DNA from: Treponemataceae bacterium
GTDB lineage: Bacteria > Spirochaetota > Spirochaetia > Treponematales > Rectinemataceae
Assembly: GCA_963678065.2 (NCBI GenBank)
Contig: CAXXVZ010000003.1
Span: 1,216,001-1,280,000, forward strand
DNA length: 64,000 bases
Reading direction: 5' to 3'
Of the stretch, positions 33,933-43,985 are shown piece after piece. Position numbers and translations under genes: made by a program. The notes beneath the pieces were generated by a model. The model made no database searches. It was not told the origin of the DNA and saw only the letters and a program-made list of their open reading frames with translations. Numbering within the stretch: position 1 is the first letter of the stretch; the number at the start of each line of letters is the position of its first letter.

Positions 33933-36644
33933 ATGGATCCGAATCGGCCTGCGACGATCGATCCCCCGGCTCTGCCCCTCCGGGTTCTTGTGGTGGAGGA
34001 TTCTCCCGACGACGCGGAACTCATGATCATGCATCTGTCGGAAGAAGGCTTCACCGTCGATTGGCGCAGGGTAGACAACGAGGCGGATTACCTCTCAGCC
34101 CTCAAGGGCAGGCCCGACCTGATCCTTTCCGACTGGACCCTGCCCTGCTTTTCCGGGACACGGGCGCTCTCCCTCCTGCGCGAGCGGAATCTGGACATCC
34201 CGTTCATCATAGTTTCGGGCAACATAGGCGAAGAATCCGCTATAGAGAGCCTCCACCAGGGCGCATACGATTACATTCTCAAGGACAGACCCGGGCGGAT
34301 CGGCAAAGCCGTCCAGAAAGCTCTCGCGGAGAGGGAACAGCTCGAAGCGAACCGGGAGGCGGAGCGGCGTCTTCGCGAAAGCGAAGCGCGCTATCAGGCC
34401 TTTACGGAGGCGACCGTCGACGCCGTATTCATCAAGGATACGCAGTTCCGCTTCGTGATGGTCAACAAGAAAACGCAGGAGCTCTATGCGGCTCCCCCGG
34501 AGCGGCTTATCGGGGCCACGGACTTCGACTTCCTTCCTCCCGAGACCGCGGCGCAGTGCAGGAACTCGGACAGGAAGGCTCTGGAAGAATACAGGGTCGT
34601 CATCAGCGAAGAGACTTTGGGCGAGCGCGTGTTCGAAACGACGAAATTTCCCGTAACATGGGGCGATTCCACCGGCATCGGGGGCTACATCCACGAGATC
34701 ACCGACCGCAAGAAAGCGGCCGAATCCCTCCTCCTCCAGTCCACCGCCCTCGACGCGGCACCCAACGCGATACTCATCACGGACAGATCCGGCTATGTCG
34801 AATGGGTCAACCCGGCCTTCACGAGGTTGACCGGCTACACCGCTGAGGAATGCATCGGCAGGCAGCTCTCCGCCCTGGAGGGGAAGCGGGAGCCTGATCT
34901 GGCGCAGATCGCCGGAATAGTGGATTCTCTGTCCTCGGAGCCCGTCTGGAAGGGCAAGAGCCAGCAGCGCAAAAAGGACGGATCGCTGTACATCGAAGAA
35001 CAGTCGATAACTCCGGTACGGGACGACAAGGGAACACTCCTTCACCTCGTCGTCATCAAGGAGGATGTGACCGAACGCAATCACCGCGAGCGGGAACTCG
35101 TCGCGATGGCGGTCTTCAACTCCTCACTCCGGACGGCTGTCTCCCGCGAGGCGATGCTTCCCGTAACCCTGGATCTTCTCGTCTCCATCTTCCGTACCGA
35201 GACTGCCGCCATCGACTCGATCGACCCGACCTCATGCCGATGGCTGACTGAGCAGGCCCGGGGCGCGTGGGCGGCCCTGACCGGCTCGTGCACCCCCATC
35301 CCCGAAGGCGCCTCCGTGGAAGCCACGAGCACAGGACAGTACCACGTTGCCGGCATGCCGAAAGACAGTCCCGCGCTCGCTCCGGACACGGGGGATGGAC
35401 TCCTGTCCATCGCCTCCTACCTGACAGGACAAGGGCTCGTCATAGGCAGACTCAGGGTCGGACGAAAGGAATCCTGGTCGGAGAGCGACGTCAAGCTTCT
35501 CGAAGTCATCTCCGAAATCGTGGCCACCTACATGATCACGGCCGCCCTGCGGGAGAAAACCGAGGAGAAACTTCATCAGCTCACGGCCCTGCAGAAAATC
35601 GACCACGCCATCAGCGGAAGCCTGGACCTCGAGTTCATCCTCAACGTTCTCCTGGACCAGACTCTCGGCCTCTTGTCCTGCGACGCGGCGTCCATACTCA
35701 TCTGGAATCCTGCCACACAGTACCTGGAGCACATCGCTGCCCGCGGTTTCAATGGCCTGGAAGTACTCGATGTTCACTTGCGACTGGGCGAAGGCGAATC
35801 GGGAAGGGCGGCACTGGAACGCCGCACGCGCACCATCCTCGATCTGCGGAGGGATGAAGGCATCCTCGCCAGATCGAAGCTGGTCAGGGAAGAGGGCTTC
35901 ATCACCCACCACACGACTCCTCTCATCGTCAAGGGCGAGATCAAGGGCATCCTCCAGGTCTTCCACCGGAGACTCCACGATCCCAAGCCGGGATGGTACG
36001 AATTCTTCGAGACCCTCGCGCAGCAGGCGGCCATAGCCATCGACAATGCCGGCATGTTCGAAAGCCTGCAGAAGGCCAACGCCGAGCTTTCGCGCGCGTA
36101 CGATGCCACGATCGAAGGCTGGTCCAGGGCCATGGACCTCAGGGACAAAGAGACGGAAGGTCACTCGCAGCGCGTTACTGACTTGACGGTGCGACTCGGA
36201 AGGATGCTCGGCATGGGCGAGGGCGAAATAGTACAGCTCAGAAGGGGCGCCCTCCTCCACGACATGGGCAAGATGGGCGTCCCCGACCACATCCTCTTCA
36301 AACCCGGTCCCCTGACGGAAGAAGAGTGGGTCATCATGAAGCGACATCCTGTCGACGCCTTCAACATGCTCTCATCCATCGACTACCTCGTCCCGGCTCT
36401 GGACATCCCCTACTGCCACCACGAAAAGTGGGACGGCACCGGCTACCCGAGAGGCCTCAGGGGCGAAGAGATCCCCCTTCCCGCCCGGATATTCGCCATC
36501 GTCGACGTCTGGGACGCCCTCACGAGCGATCGCCCCTACCGCAAAGCCTGGACACAGGAGCGGACCCTGGAGCACATACGGAGTCAGTCGGGGAGCCACT
36601 TCGATCCTGCCATCGTCGAGGCCTTCTTCAAGATCCTGGTCTGA
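33933..36644 (+). CDS. REC-PAS-PAS-GAF-GAF-HD-GYP cyclic-dinucleotide phosphodiesterase
   Basis: VVEDSPDD receiver, two PAS-like segments, GAF-like ETLAQQAAIAIDNA, TEGHSQRV, LLHDMGK, HHEKWDGTGYP, DRPYR. Confidence 0.92.
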   Translation: MDPNRPATIDPPALPLRVLVVEDSPDDAELMIMHLSEEGFTVDWRRVDNEADYLSALKGRPDLILSDWTLPCFSGTRALSLLRERNLDIPFIIVSGNIGEESAIESLHQGAYDYILKDRPGRIGKAVQKALAEREQLEANREAERRLRESEARYQAFTEATVDAVFIKDTQFRFVMVNKKTQELYAAPPERLIGATDFDFLPPETAAQCRNSDRKALEEYRVVISEETLGERVFETTKFPVTWGDSTGIGGYIHEITDRKKAAESLLLQSTALDAAPNAILITDRSGYVEWVNPAFTRLTGYTAEECIGRQLSALEGKREPDLAQIAGIVDSLSSEPVWKGKSQQRKKDGSLYIEEQSITPVRDDKGTLLHLVVIKEDVTERNHRERELVAMAVFNSSLRTAVSREAMLPVTLDLLVSIFRTETAAIDSIDPTSCRWLTEQARGAWAALTGSCTPIPEGASVEATSTGQYHVAGMPKDSPALAPDTGDGLLSIASYLTGQGLVIGRLRVGRKESWSESDVKLLEVISEIVATYMITAALREKTEEKLHQLTALQKIDHAISGSLDLEFILNVLLDQTLGLLSCDAASILIWNPATQYLEHIAARGFNGLEVLDVHLRLGEGESGRAALERRTRTILDLRRDEGILARSKLVREEGFITHHTTPLIVKGEIKGILQVFHRRLHDPKPGWYEFFETLAQQAAIAIDNAGMFESLQKANAELSRAYDATIEGWSRAMDLRDKETEGHSQRVTDLTVRLGRMLGMGEGEIVQLRRGALLHDMGKMGVPDHILFKPGPLTEEEWVIMKRHPVDAFNMLSSIDYLVPALDIPYCHHEKWDGTGYPRGLRGEEIPLPARIFAIVDVWDALTSDRPYRKAWTQERTLEHIRSQSGSHFDPAIVEAFFKILV

Positions 36645-36701
36645 GGACCGGAATTGTGCCTAGTATCCTATTGCATAAACATGACACGAAGGAGGATCGG
36701 A

Positions 36702-37568
36702 GTGCGGGAACGGGAAAAACCGGTGATCGGCATCTACGAAAAGGCTCTGCCGCCAGGACTCTCATGGTCGCGCATGCTCGATACAGCGAAAGGGGCCGGT
36801 TACGATTATATCGAGATGTCGATCGACGAATCGGATACACGCCTCGCGAGGCTGTCCTGGACGGCCGGAGAGCGGGCGGAGTTCCGGAATACCGTGGCCG
36901 ATTCGGGCCTGCGGGTTCCATCCATCTGCCTTTCGGGGCACAGAAAGTACCCATTCGGCAGCGCCGATCCTGCAATCCGCCGCCGCGCCCGCGACATCAT
37001 GGAGTCGGCCATCGACTTCGCGGTGGATTGTGGCGTCCGCACGCTGCAACTCGCCGGCTACGACGTGTACTATGAGGCTTCCACCCCGGAAAGCCTCGTC
37101 CGCTTCGAGGAGGGCCTCGAGTGGGCCGTCGGGCTTGCAGAGAAGTCACAGGTCTGCCTCGCCATGGAGATCATGGACACTCCCCTCATGGGCTCGATCA
37201 CGAAGTGGCTGAGTTACGCGAACAGGATCCCGAGCGCCTGGTTCCAGGTCTACCCTGACCTCGGCAATCTCTCGGCCTGGGGCAACAACGTTCCCGTCGA
37301 ACTCGCCCTCGCGCGCGGCAGGATTGCGGCTGTCCACCTCAAGGATACCCTGGCCGTGAGGCCTGGTTTCCCGGGCCAGTTCCGGGACCTTCCCTTCGGA
37401 CAGGGCTGCGTCGACTTTCCGGCAGCCTTCAGGGCCCTGGACGCGATCGGCTACAATGGGGCATACCTCATTGAAATGTGGACCGACAAGGCACGGGACC
37501 CCGTCACGGAAATCGTGAACGCGCGGGCCTGGATGCTGGAAAGAATGCGCGAGGGAGGAATCGCATGA
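36702..37568 (+). CDS. ulaE: L-ribulose-5-phosphate 3-epimerase (UlaE/SgbU family)
   Basis: [65 protein letters not shown] start after GGAGG. Confidence 0.92.
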   Translation: MREREKPVIGIYEKALPPGLSWSRMLDTAKGAGYDYIEMSIDESDTRLARLSWTAGERAEFRNTVADSGLRVPSICLSGHRKYPFGSADPAIRRRARDIMESAIDFAVDCGVRTLQLAGYDVYYEASTPESLVRFEEGLEWAVGLAEKSQVCLAMEIMDTPLMGSITKWLSYANRIPSAWFQVYPDLGNLSAWGNNVPVELALARGRIAAVHLKDTLAVRPGFPGQFRDLPFGQGCVDFPAAFRALDAIGYNGAYLIEMWTDKARDPVTEIVNARAWMLERMREGGIA

Positions 37569-38263
37569 CAGTACAGGAACTTAAAGAATCAGTGCTCGAG
37601 GCCAATCTCGAACTCCCGGCATACGGACTCGCCCTGTTCACCTGGGGCAACGCCAGCGGGATCGACCGGGAGAGAGGTCTCGTGGCCATAAAACCCTCGG
37701 GAGTTCCCTACGAAGGTATGACGGCAGACGACATGGTCGTCGTCGATCTCGACGGAAAGGTCGTGGAAGGGGCATACAAACCCTCGTCGGACCTCGCCAC
37801 ACACCTCGTGCTCTACAGGGCCTTCGCGTCCTGCATGGGTGTCGTCCACACCCACTCCACCCACGCGACGGCCTTCGCGCAGGCCGCTTCGGACATCCCG
37901 GCCGAGGGCACGACCCACGCCGATCACTTCTACGGCACCATCCCCTGCACCCGCGCGATGACGCGTTCGGAAATCGGCGGGGCCTACGAGGCGGAAACCG
38001 GCACTGTCATCGTCGAGGCCTTCCGGACCCGCGGAATCGATCCCGCCATGATGCCAGCCGTCCTCGTGCGCGGCCACGGACCCTTCGCGTGGGGAAAGGA
38101 TCCCAAGGACGCCGTCCACAACGCCGTCGTTCTGGAGGAAGTCGCGCGCATGGCCATCCTCGCGAGAACGATCGGCCCGGCCGTTTCAATACCCAAGGAA
38201 CTTCTCGACAGGCACTTCCTGCGCAAGCACGGGGCGGGCGCTTACTACGGACAGTCCAAATAG
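37565..38263 (+). CDS. araD: L-ribulose-5-phosphate 4-epimerase (AraD/UlaF/SgbE)
   Basis: [48 protein letters not shown]. Confidence 0.94.
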   Translation: MTVQELKESVLEANLELPAYGLALFTWGNASGIDRERGLVAIKPSGVPYEGMTADDMVVVDLDGKVVEGAYKPSSDLATHLVLYRAFASCMGVVHTHSTHATAFAQAASDIPAEGTTHADHFYGTIPCTRAMTRSEIGGAYEAETGTVIVEAFRTRGIDPAMMPAVLVRGHGPFAWGKDPKDAVHNAVVLEEVARMAILARTIGPAVSIPKELLDRHFLRKHGAGAYYGQSK

Positions 38264-38279
38264 GGTATGAATTTCGGGC

Positions 38280-39209
38280 ATGAAAGGCACTGACAAAAAA
38301 ATCACGGTCCTCGCCCTCGATCTCGACGGGACTGTCGTCACGCACGACTACCGGATGTCCGACCGGACAATCGCTGCCGTAGCGCGATTCAGGGAATCAG
38401 GTCGAGAAGTCCTTGTAGCCTCGGGCAGATCGGCGCGCGCCGCCTTTCCCTGGGCGCAGAGGCTCGGCGGCGTCTCGGGCATGATCTGCCACAACGGAGC
38501 CGCGGTCTATTCGATGCGGGCGGCCTATTCGCCGCGGCCGGCTCATGGCGCGACGGTTCATGGCGCGACAGCCCAAGGCGCTGACGGCCTGGATGAGGAA
38601 GCTCCGTACACACTCGTCGCCTCGACCCTCCTGCCCGAGGCGGTCGCCCGGAAACTCATAGCTTTCTCGCGGGGCAGCGGTCTCCACTTCCACGCCTTCG
38701 CGGGGGACGAGTGGCTCTATGAGCGGAAGGAGCGCGGAACGGAGATATACGCCGCCCGCGCCGGGTTCTCGGGAACAAAGACGGATTTCGATTCGATCGG
38801 GCAATACAGGTTCTTCAAGGCCATGTTCGTGGACCTTCCCGGTCCTGGCATGGAAAAGCTCGCACTCGAGCTGCGGAGCCTGCTCGGGGATGAAGCAGAA
38901 ATCATGATTACCTCGCCAGGTTTTCTTGAAGTCGTCGCTCCCGGAGTGTCCAAAGCGGAAGGGCTTTCGGAATGGCTCGCCGCGCGAGGGAAGAGCCATG
39001 GCGAACTGCTCGCCATCGGAGACGCCGACAACGACGAGGCCATGCTCCTTTCTGCAGGGATCGGCGTCGCCATGGGCAGCGCTCCGGATGCATTGAAGCG
39101 AAAAGTAGGCCGGGTCACCGGCACAGTGGACGAAGACGGGGCCGCGGCCGCGATCGAGGCCTTTCTCGAAGGGAAGTTCCAGAAAAGCTTTTCCGGGCGG
39201 GGAATGTGA
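38280..39209 (+). CDS. Cof-type HAD-IIB phosphatase
   Basis: DLDGT, ASGR, HNGA, SKAEG, GDADND, DEDG. Confidence 0.92.
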   Translation: MKGTDKKITVLALDLDGTVVTHDYRMSDRTIAAVARFRESGREVLVASGRSARAAFPWAQRLGGVSGMICHNGAAVYSMRAAYSPRPAHGATVHGATAQGADGLDEEAPYTLVASTLLPEAVARKLIAFSRGSGLHFHAFAGDEWLYERKERGTEIYAARAGFSGTKTDFDSIGQYRFFKAMFVDLPGPGMEKLALELRSLLGDEAEIMITSPGFLEVVAPGVSKAEGLSEWLAARGKSHGELLAIGDADNDEAMLLSAGIGVAMGSAPDALKRKVGRVTGTVDEDGAAAAIEAFLEGKFQKSFSGRGM

Positions 39210-39235
39210 TGCCCCGGCCGGCCAAACTTCCCCAG

Positions 39236-40261
39236 TCAGGGCACTATTTCGTAGAGCGCCACTTCACCGATCTCGCGGTTCGCGGCGAGGATCATGTCGG
39301 AGTCGGCCTTGTGGTACACGGCGATGTTGCTGGCCCCGCCTGAGTTGTCGATCATGAATCGGTCGATGCCGCCCGAGGACGCGTTCCAGGTGAAGCAGTT
39401 GAGCTCGCGGTTGCCCTTGCGCCCTCCGATGATGAAGGCCGGTTTCCCCGCTATTTTTCCGCCCCACACGACATGGCCGAACTCGTATTCATGCTCGAGG
39501 ACAGGGATGAGCTTTTCACCCTTCTTTCTGTAGATCATGCCCTTCGAACCATGAAAAGGTTCGATCGTCGCGAGTTCGAGTTCTCCGTCGCCGTCTATGT
39601 CGCAGACGGCCATATCGCTCACCTCGTGGCCGATGATGCGCTCGCTCTCCCATGTCCCGTCGGGCGTCTGTGGGATGTAGAGCACGAAGACGCCCTCGAC
39701 GCCCGAAACGAAGTAGGCCGCCCTCCCCTTCCAGCTCGCCTTGCAGAAGCCGTGGTTCTTCGTGATGCCGCCGATCACGGGCCGTATCGCGAAGGGACCG
39801 TCCAGAACCTCGGGAAGCTCTCCGACATAGACCGAGCCGGGCTTGGTCCAGTCGTCTTTGCCCTCCTTGAAAAGGGCGAGGGTCGCCCCGACGAGGAAGC
39901 GCTTCGAACCCACCTCGCAGACGTCGAAGCGGTGCAGGTAGGGAATCGTCATGAGCGGCCTTACGGACCAGGCGCCACCAGCGTACTTCACGTGGACGAT
40001 CTTGGATTCCTTGGCCTGGAAGGTGGGCACGAAATCCTGTGTTGCGAGGAACTCATCTTTCACGCCGGGAATGGGAACGATGTTCATTGTGCCGCCGGGG
40101 CCTGTCCAGACCGTGTCGGCACTGTGGTCGACGTCGGAGTAGGCGACACAGGGGCCTACTCCCTCCGTGGCGACAATGTAGCGCGCGATGCCGCCGATCT
40201 CCATGGCACAGGTGGCGTAGCATTTGTCGAGCTGGGCGAGAACTGTTTTGGTGACGGTCAT
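39236..40261 (-). CDS. Uncharacterised FG-GAP-like beta-propeller, His-motif-rich
   Basis: Beta-strand-rich, DIDGDG motif, LHRF, KNHG, GVEGV, EPFHG, FGHVV; no signal peptide; downstream of ulaG. Confidence 0.7.
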   Translation of the reverse strand: MTVTKTVLAQLDKCYATCAMEIGGIARYIVATEGVGPCVAYSDVDHSADTVWTGPGGTMNIVPIPGVKDEFLATQDFVPTFQAKESKIVHVKYAGGAWSVRPLMTIPYLHRFDVCEVGSKRFLVGATLALFKEGKDDWTKPGSVYVGELPEVLDGPFAIRPVIGGITKNHGFCKASWKGRAAYFVSGVEGVFVLYIPQTPDGTWESERIIGHEVSDMAVCDIDGDGELELATIEPFHGSKGMIYRKKGEKLIPVLEHEYEFGHVVWGGKIAGKPAFIIGGRKGNRELNCFTWNASSGGIDRFMIDNSGGASNIAVYHKADSDMILAANREIGEVALYEIVP

Positions 40262-40293
40262 GTCGGGATCTCCTTGCGCGCCGCCGATTCGAT

Positions 40294-41358
40294 TTAAAGG
40301 AAGGACGGGAAGGGAAGATCATGTTCGCCCGCGAACACGTCCTCGAAGCCGCGCGGGTGGTGGTACTCGAGCCTGTCCCGGTCGGCCGGCCAGACGAACT
40401 TGCCTCCGACCTGCCAGCTGAAGGGCTTGAACGAGTACTGAAGCCTGTCCTTGCGCATCTTCCACAGGGCGATGATTTCGGCGGGATCGGCCTGGAAGTT
40501 GGACCAGATGTCGTGGTGGAAGGGAATGACAACCTTGGTCTTCAGGCATTCGGCCATTCTGAGGATGTCCACGCTCGTCATCTTGTCGGTGATTCCGCGC
40601 GGATTCTCGCCGAAAGAGCCGAGGGCGACGTCGATCTCGTGGTCGTTGCCGTGCTTGGCGTAGTAGTTGGAGTAGTGCGAGTCGCCAGAGTGGTAGAGGC
40701 TGCCGCCCGGAGTCTTGAAGAGGTAGTTCACGGCCATCCTGTCCATGTCCATGGGCATCTGTCCCTTCAGGGTGACGCCGACGGGGGCGGTGATCTGGGC
40801 CGTGCGGTCGAAGGATTCGAGGACGACGATCTCGACATCCTTGATCTTCACACTGTCGCCGGGTTTGACCGTGATGCAGCGCTCAGGCGGCACGCCCCAG
40901 GAGGTCCAGAGCGCCACGCAGGCCGCAGGCCCTATGAAGGGCACGGTGGCCGGGCAGTTTTTCATGACAGCGGCCGCGACGTTCGCGTCGATGTGGTCGT
41001 TGTGATTGTGGGTGGACATGATCGCGTCGACATTCCTGATCGCGAAGGGATCGAGGACAAAGACCGAGTTGCGCAGGTTGGCCTGGAGCTTCTGCACGCC
41101 CGTCATTCTCTGCATCTGGTGACCGGGCGTCATGGCCGGGTTCTTCATGGAGCGCTTGCCGGTTCCGACCCAGAAGTCGACGCAGAGATTGGCTTTGCCC
41201 TCCGACTTGAGCCAGATGCCGGTGCAGCCGAGCCACCACATGGCGAAGCTTCCGGGGGCGACGACTTCGCGCTCGATCTCCTCGTTGAGCCAGGTTCCCC
41301 ATTCAGGGAAGGTGGCGAGAACCCAGGATTCCCTGGTTATCGAATCGATTTTGGACAT
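40294..41358 (-). CDS. ulaG: L-ascorbate-6-phosphate lactonase
   Basis: [70 protein letters not shown]. Confidence 0.95.
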   Translation of the reverse strand: MSKIDSITRESWVLATFPEWGTWLNEEIEREVVAPGSFAMWWLGCTGIWLKSEGKANLCVDFWVGTGKRSMKNPAMTPGHQMQRMTGVQKLQANLRNSVFVLDPFAIRNVDAIMSTHNHNDHIDANVAAAVMKNCPATVPFIGPAACVALWTSWGVPPERCITVKPGDSVKIKDVEIVVLESFDRTAQITAPVGVTLKGQMPMDMDRMAVNYLFKTPGGSLYHSGDSHYSNYYAKHGNDHEIDVALGSFGENPRGITDKMTSVDILRMAECLKTKVVIPFHHDIWSNFQADPAEIIALWKMRKDRLQYSFKPFSWQVGGKFVWPADRDRLEYHHPRGFEDVFAGEHDLPFPSFL

Positions 41359-41438
41359 TGTTTCCTCCAGTTTGTTGTGCGGGCTGTGGCCGCGGACGGA
41401 ATCGGGTCCGTCCATGCCGGCGCGGCAGTCCCTCCGGT

Positions 41439-41478
41439 ATCAGATACTTGCCTGCTTCATCAGATACTCGCCTGCTTC
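41439..41478. repeat. 20-bp tandem duplication spanning the permease stop codon
   Basis: ATCAGATACTTGCCTGCTTC / ATCAGATACTCGCCTGCTTC (19/20). Confidence 0.85.
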
Positions 41479-42440
41479 CTGCCGAGGCCGCCGGAACCGA
41501 ACTTTTTCGGCACGAGGTAGCCCTCGTTCAGAAGGAGAGCGAGGATGATGACGACGCCCGTGACTATCGGGTGGTAGGTAGCGGGTATGTTCAGAAGATT
41601 GAGGCCGTTGATGATGAAGGCGACCATGACGGCGCCGAGCAGTCCTCCGACGACGGAGCCCTTGCCGCCGACGGGACTCGTGCCTCCGATGACGAGGGCG
41701 GTCATGACTTCGAGCTCGATGCCGGAGGCCGCCGCCGCGAAGACCTGCTGGGTGAGCGAGGCCAGGACTACGCCGCCGACCGCGGAGGTCATGCCCGAGA
41801 TGGTGTAGGAAGCCAACCTGATCCTGTCGGGATCGATGCCGGAGAGCTTGGCGGCGACCTCGTTCGCGCCGACCGCCATCACCTTGCGTCCGAAGGCCGT
41901 CCGCTTCAGCACGAACTGGCTGACGACCACAAGGACGACCATGATGTAGATCGGATTGGGAAGCCCCATGAACCTGCCCGTCCCGATGGCTATGAAGGGT
42001 TTGGGTCCGCGGATCGCGAGCATGGCTCCCTGGGAGACAACGAGTCCCACGCCGTAAAGGTAGGTCTTCGCGGCCATGGTGACGACGAAGGCGGGCACCT
42101 TGATCTTGGCGACTATGAATCCATTGAACAGTCCGATAAGGCCACCTGTCGCGATGGTCAGGGCGATGGCGGGGACCCAGTTCATGCCGAAACGGTTCAT
42201 GAACATGTCGGCGATGATGCCGAGGAGCGCGGCCATCGAGCCGAGGGAGAGGTCGATTCCACCCGTTATGCGCGGATAGATGGCCCCCGCCGACAGGATG
42301 CCGATGAGGCAGACCGACCAGATCACGTTCGTGAGGTTGTCGATGGTGAGGAACCTCGGAGAAAGGATTGTGAGAGCCACCATGAGGGGGAGAAGGACGG
42401 CGGCGAGCTTGAGCTCGGACATCATCGGTTTACTTTTCAT
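41460..42440 (-). CDS. Monosaccharide (RbsC-type) ABC permease
   Basis: GGIDLS, VPAFVVT, AVGANEVAAKLSGI, IGGTS. Confidence 0.93.
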   Translation of the reverse strand: MKSKPMMSELKLAAVLLPLMVALTILSPRFLTIDNLTNVIWSVCLIGILSAGAIYPRITGGIDLSLGSMAALLGIIADMFMNRFGMNWVPAIALTIATGGLIGLFNGFIVAKIKVPAFVVTMAAKTYLYGVGLVVSQGAMLAIRGPKPFIAIGTGRFMGLPNPIYIMVVLVVVSQFVLKRTAFGRKVMAVGANEVAAKLSGIDPDRIRLASYTISGMTSAVGGVVLASLTQQVFAAAASGIELEVMTALVIGGTSPVGGKGSVVGGLLGAVMVAFIINGLNLLNIPATYHPIVTGVVIILALLLNEGYLVPKKFGSGGLGRKQASI

Positions 42441-43968
42441 CTGAGGCCTCCTCGACGATGCCCGACGCGGCTCGAAGTATTTTTTCGCCGGTCAGGACGC
42501 AGTCCTTGAACTCCGTGCATATTCTTCCCTTTCTGAGCACGAGGACTCTGTCGGAGAGCCGGGTGAGCTCGGGGAGATCCGATGAAACGAGGATGACCGA
42601 CACACCCTCGCCCGAAAGCTTTCGGATGTGGTCGTAGATCTCTTCTTTGGCGCCGATGTCGATGCCGACGGTAGGCTCGTCGATGAAAATCAGCTTCAGA
42701 TCCCGCACGAGCCACTTTGCGAGGACGACCTTCTGCTGGTTTCCGCCCGAGAGGTTGCCCACGAGCTGGTCGGGATTCGGCGGCTTGACGTTGAGCAGCT
42801 TGATTCCGCGCAGGGAATACTCACTCTCGACCCTGTTGTGGACCACGCCGCGGGGCGCGAGCTTGTCGAGGTTCGTGATGCCTATGTTCCGCGTTATGGA
42901 CTGGGTCGCGAGGATGCCCTGCAGTCGCCGCTCTTCGGGAATGAAGCCGATGCCCGAAGCGATCGCGTTTTTCACCGAAGGCATGTAGGGCCTGCCGAGG
43001 TAGGTGACGGTCCCCGAGTTCACCGGATCGATGCCGTACAGGGCGCGCACGAGCTCGGTCCGTCCCGATCCGACGAGTCCTCCGATGCCGAGGACTTCGC
43101 CGGCGTGGAGCTCGAGGCAGATGTTCTCGAACTTGCCGACCGAGGTCAGGCCTTCGACCTTGAGAACGACTTCTCCTTCCACTGCGCCGAGCCTGTGGTG
43201 CACGGCGTTCTCTTCCAGCTTGTGACCGATCATGAGCCGGATGATTTCGGCGGGAGTGATCTGTCCCTTTTCGAGAACCGAAACGAGCTTGCCGTCCCTG
43301 AGGACAGTGACCCTGTCGGAGAGCGCGTAGACCTCTTCCATGCGGTGGGAGATATACAGGACGCTGATGCCTTCGGACTTCAGGGTGTGGATGATCCTGA
43401 AAAGCATCTCGACCTCGGTCTTGGTGAGCGAACTCGTCGGCTCGTCCATGATCATCATGTAGGCCTTGTCGGAGAGAGCCTTCAGGATCTCGACGAGCTG
43501 GCGCTGCGCGATGCTGATGTGGTCGATGTAGTCGGTGGGCTTGAGGGGGAACTGGTACTTGTCGATCAGCTCCTGGGCCATCCTGTTCATCTTGCGCTTG
43601 TTGATGAGGCGCGTTCCGGGAATCAAAGGTTCCTTCGTGAGGAAGATATTCTGCGCCACCGTCATGCCCGGTATGAGGCTGAGTTCCTGATAGATGCAGG
43701 CGATGCCCATGTCCTGGGCGTCCTTGCGGGAGAGCTCCATCGGGACCCTCTCGCCGTTGAAGACGATCTCTCCGGAGTTGCGGTTCGTCGCGCCGGTAAT
43801 GATCTTGATCAGCGTGGACTTGCCCGCGCCGTTCTCCCCCACGAGGGAGTGGACTTCACCCGCCTTCACCGAGAAATCGACATTATCGAGGACGATGGGT
43901 CCGTTCCAGGACTTGGTGATATTCCGGCACTCGAGGAGAATCTCCGTGTTCGTGTTGTCGTTTTCCAT
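42430..43968 (-). CDS. Monosaccharide (RbsA-type) ABC ATPase, two nucleotide-binding domains
   Basis: GENGAGKST, MDEPTS, YISHRM, LSGGNQQK, DEPTVGID. Confidence 0.95.
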   Translation of the reverse strand: MENDNTNTEILLECRNITKSWNGPIVLDNVDFSVKAGEVHSLVGENGAGKSTLIKIITGATNRNSGEIVFNGERVPMELSRKDAQDMGIACIYQELSLIPGMTVAQNIFLTKEPLIPGTRLINKRKMNRMAQELIDKYQFPLKPTDYIDHISIAQRQLVEILKALSDKAYMMIMDEPTSSLTKTEVEMLFRIIHTLKSEGISVLYISHRMEEVYALSDRVTVLRDGKLVSVLEKGQITPAEIIRLMIGHKLEENAVHHRLGAVEGEVVLKVEGLTSVGKFENICLELHAGEVLGIGGLVGSGRTELVRALYGIDPVNSGTVTYLGRPYMPSVKNAIASGIGFIPEERRLQGILATQSITRNIGITNLDKLAPRGVVHNRVESEYSLRGIKLLNVKPPNPDQLVGNLSGGNQQKVVLAKWLVRDLKLIFIDEPTVGIDIGAKEEIYDHIRKLSGEGVSVILVSSDLPELTRLSDRVLVLRKGRICTEFKDCVLTGEKILRAASGIVEEASDEK

Positions 43969-43985
43969 GGCTTCCTGCCTTTCGC

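Noticed and set aside
36645..36701. Sigma54 promoter before ulaE (TTGCAT)
   Set aside because: No GG at the -24 position
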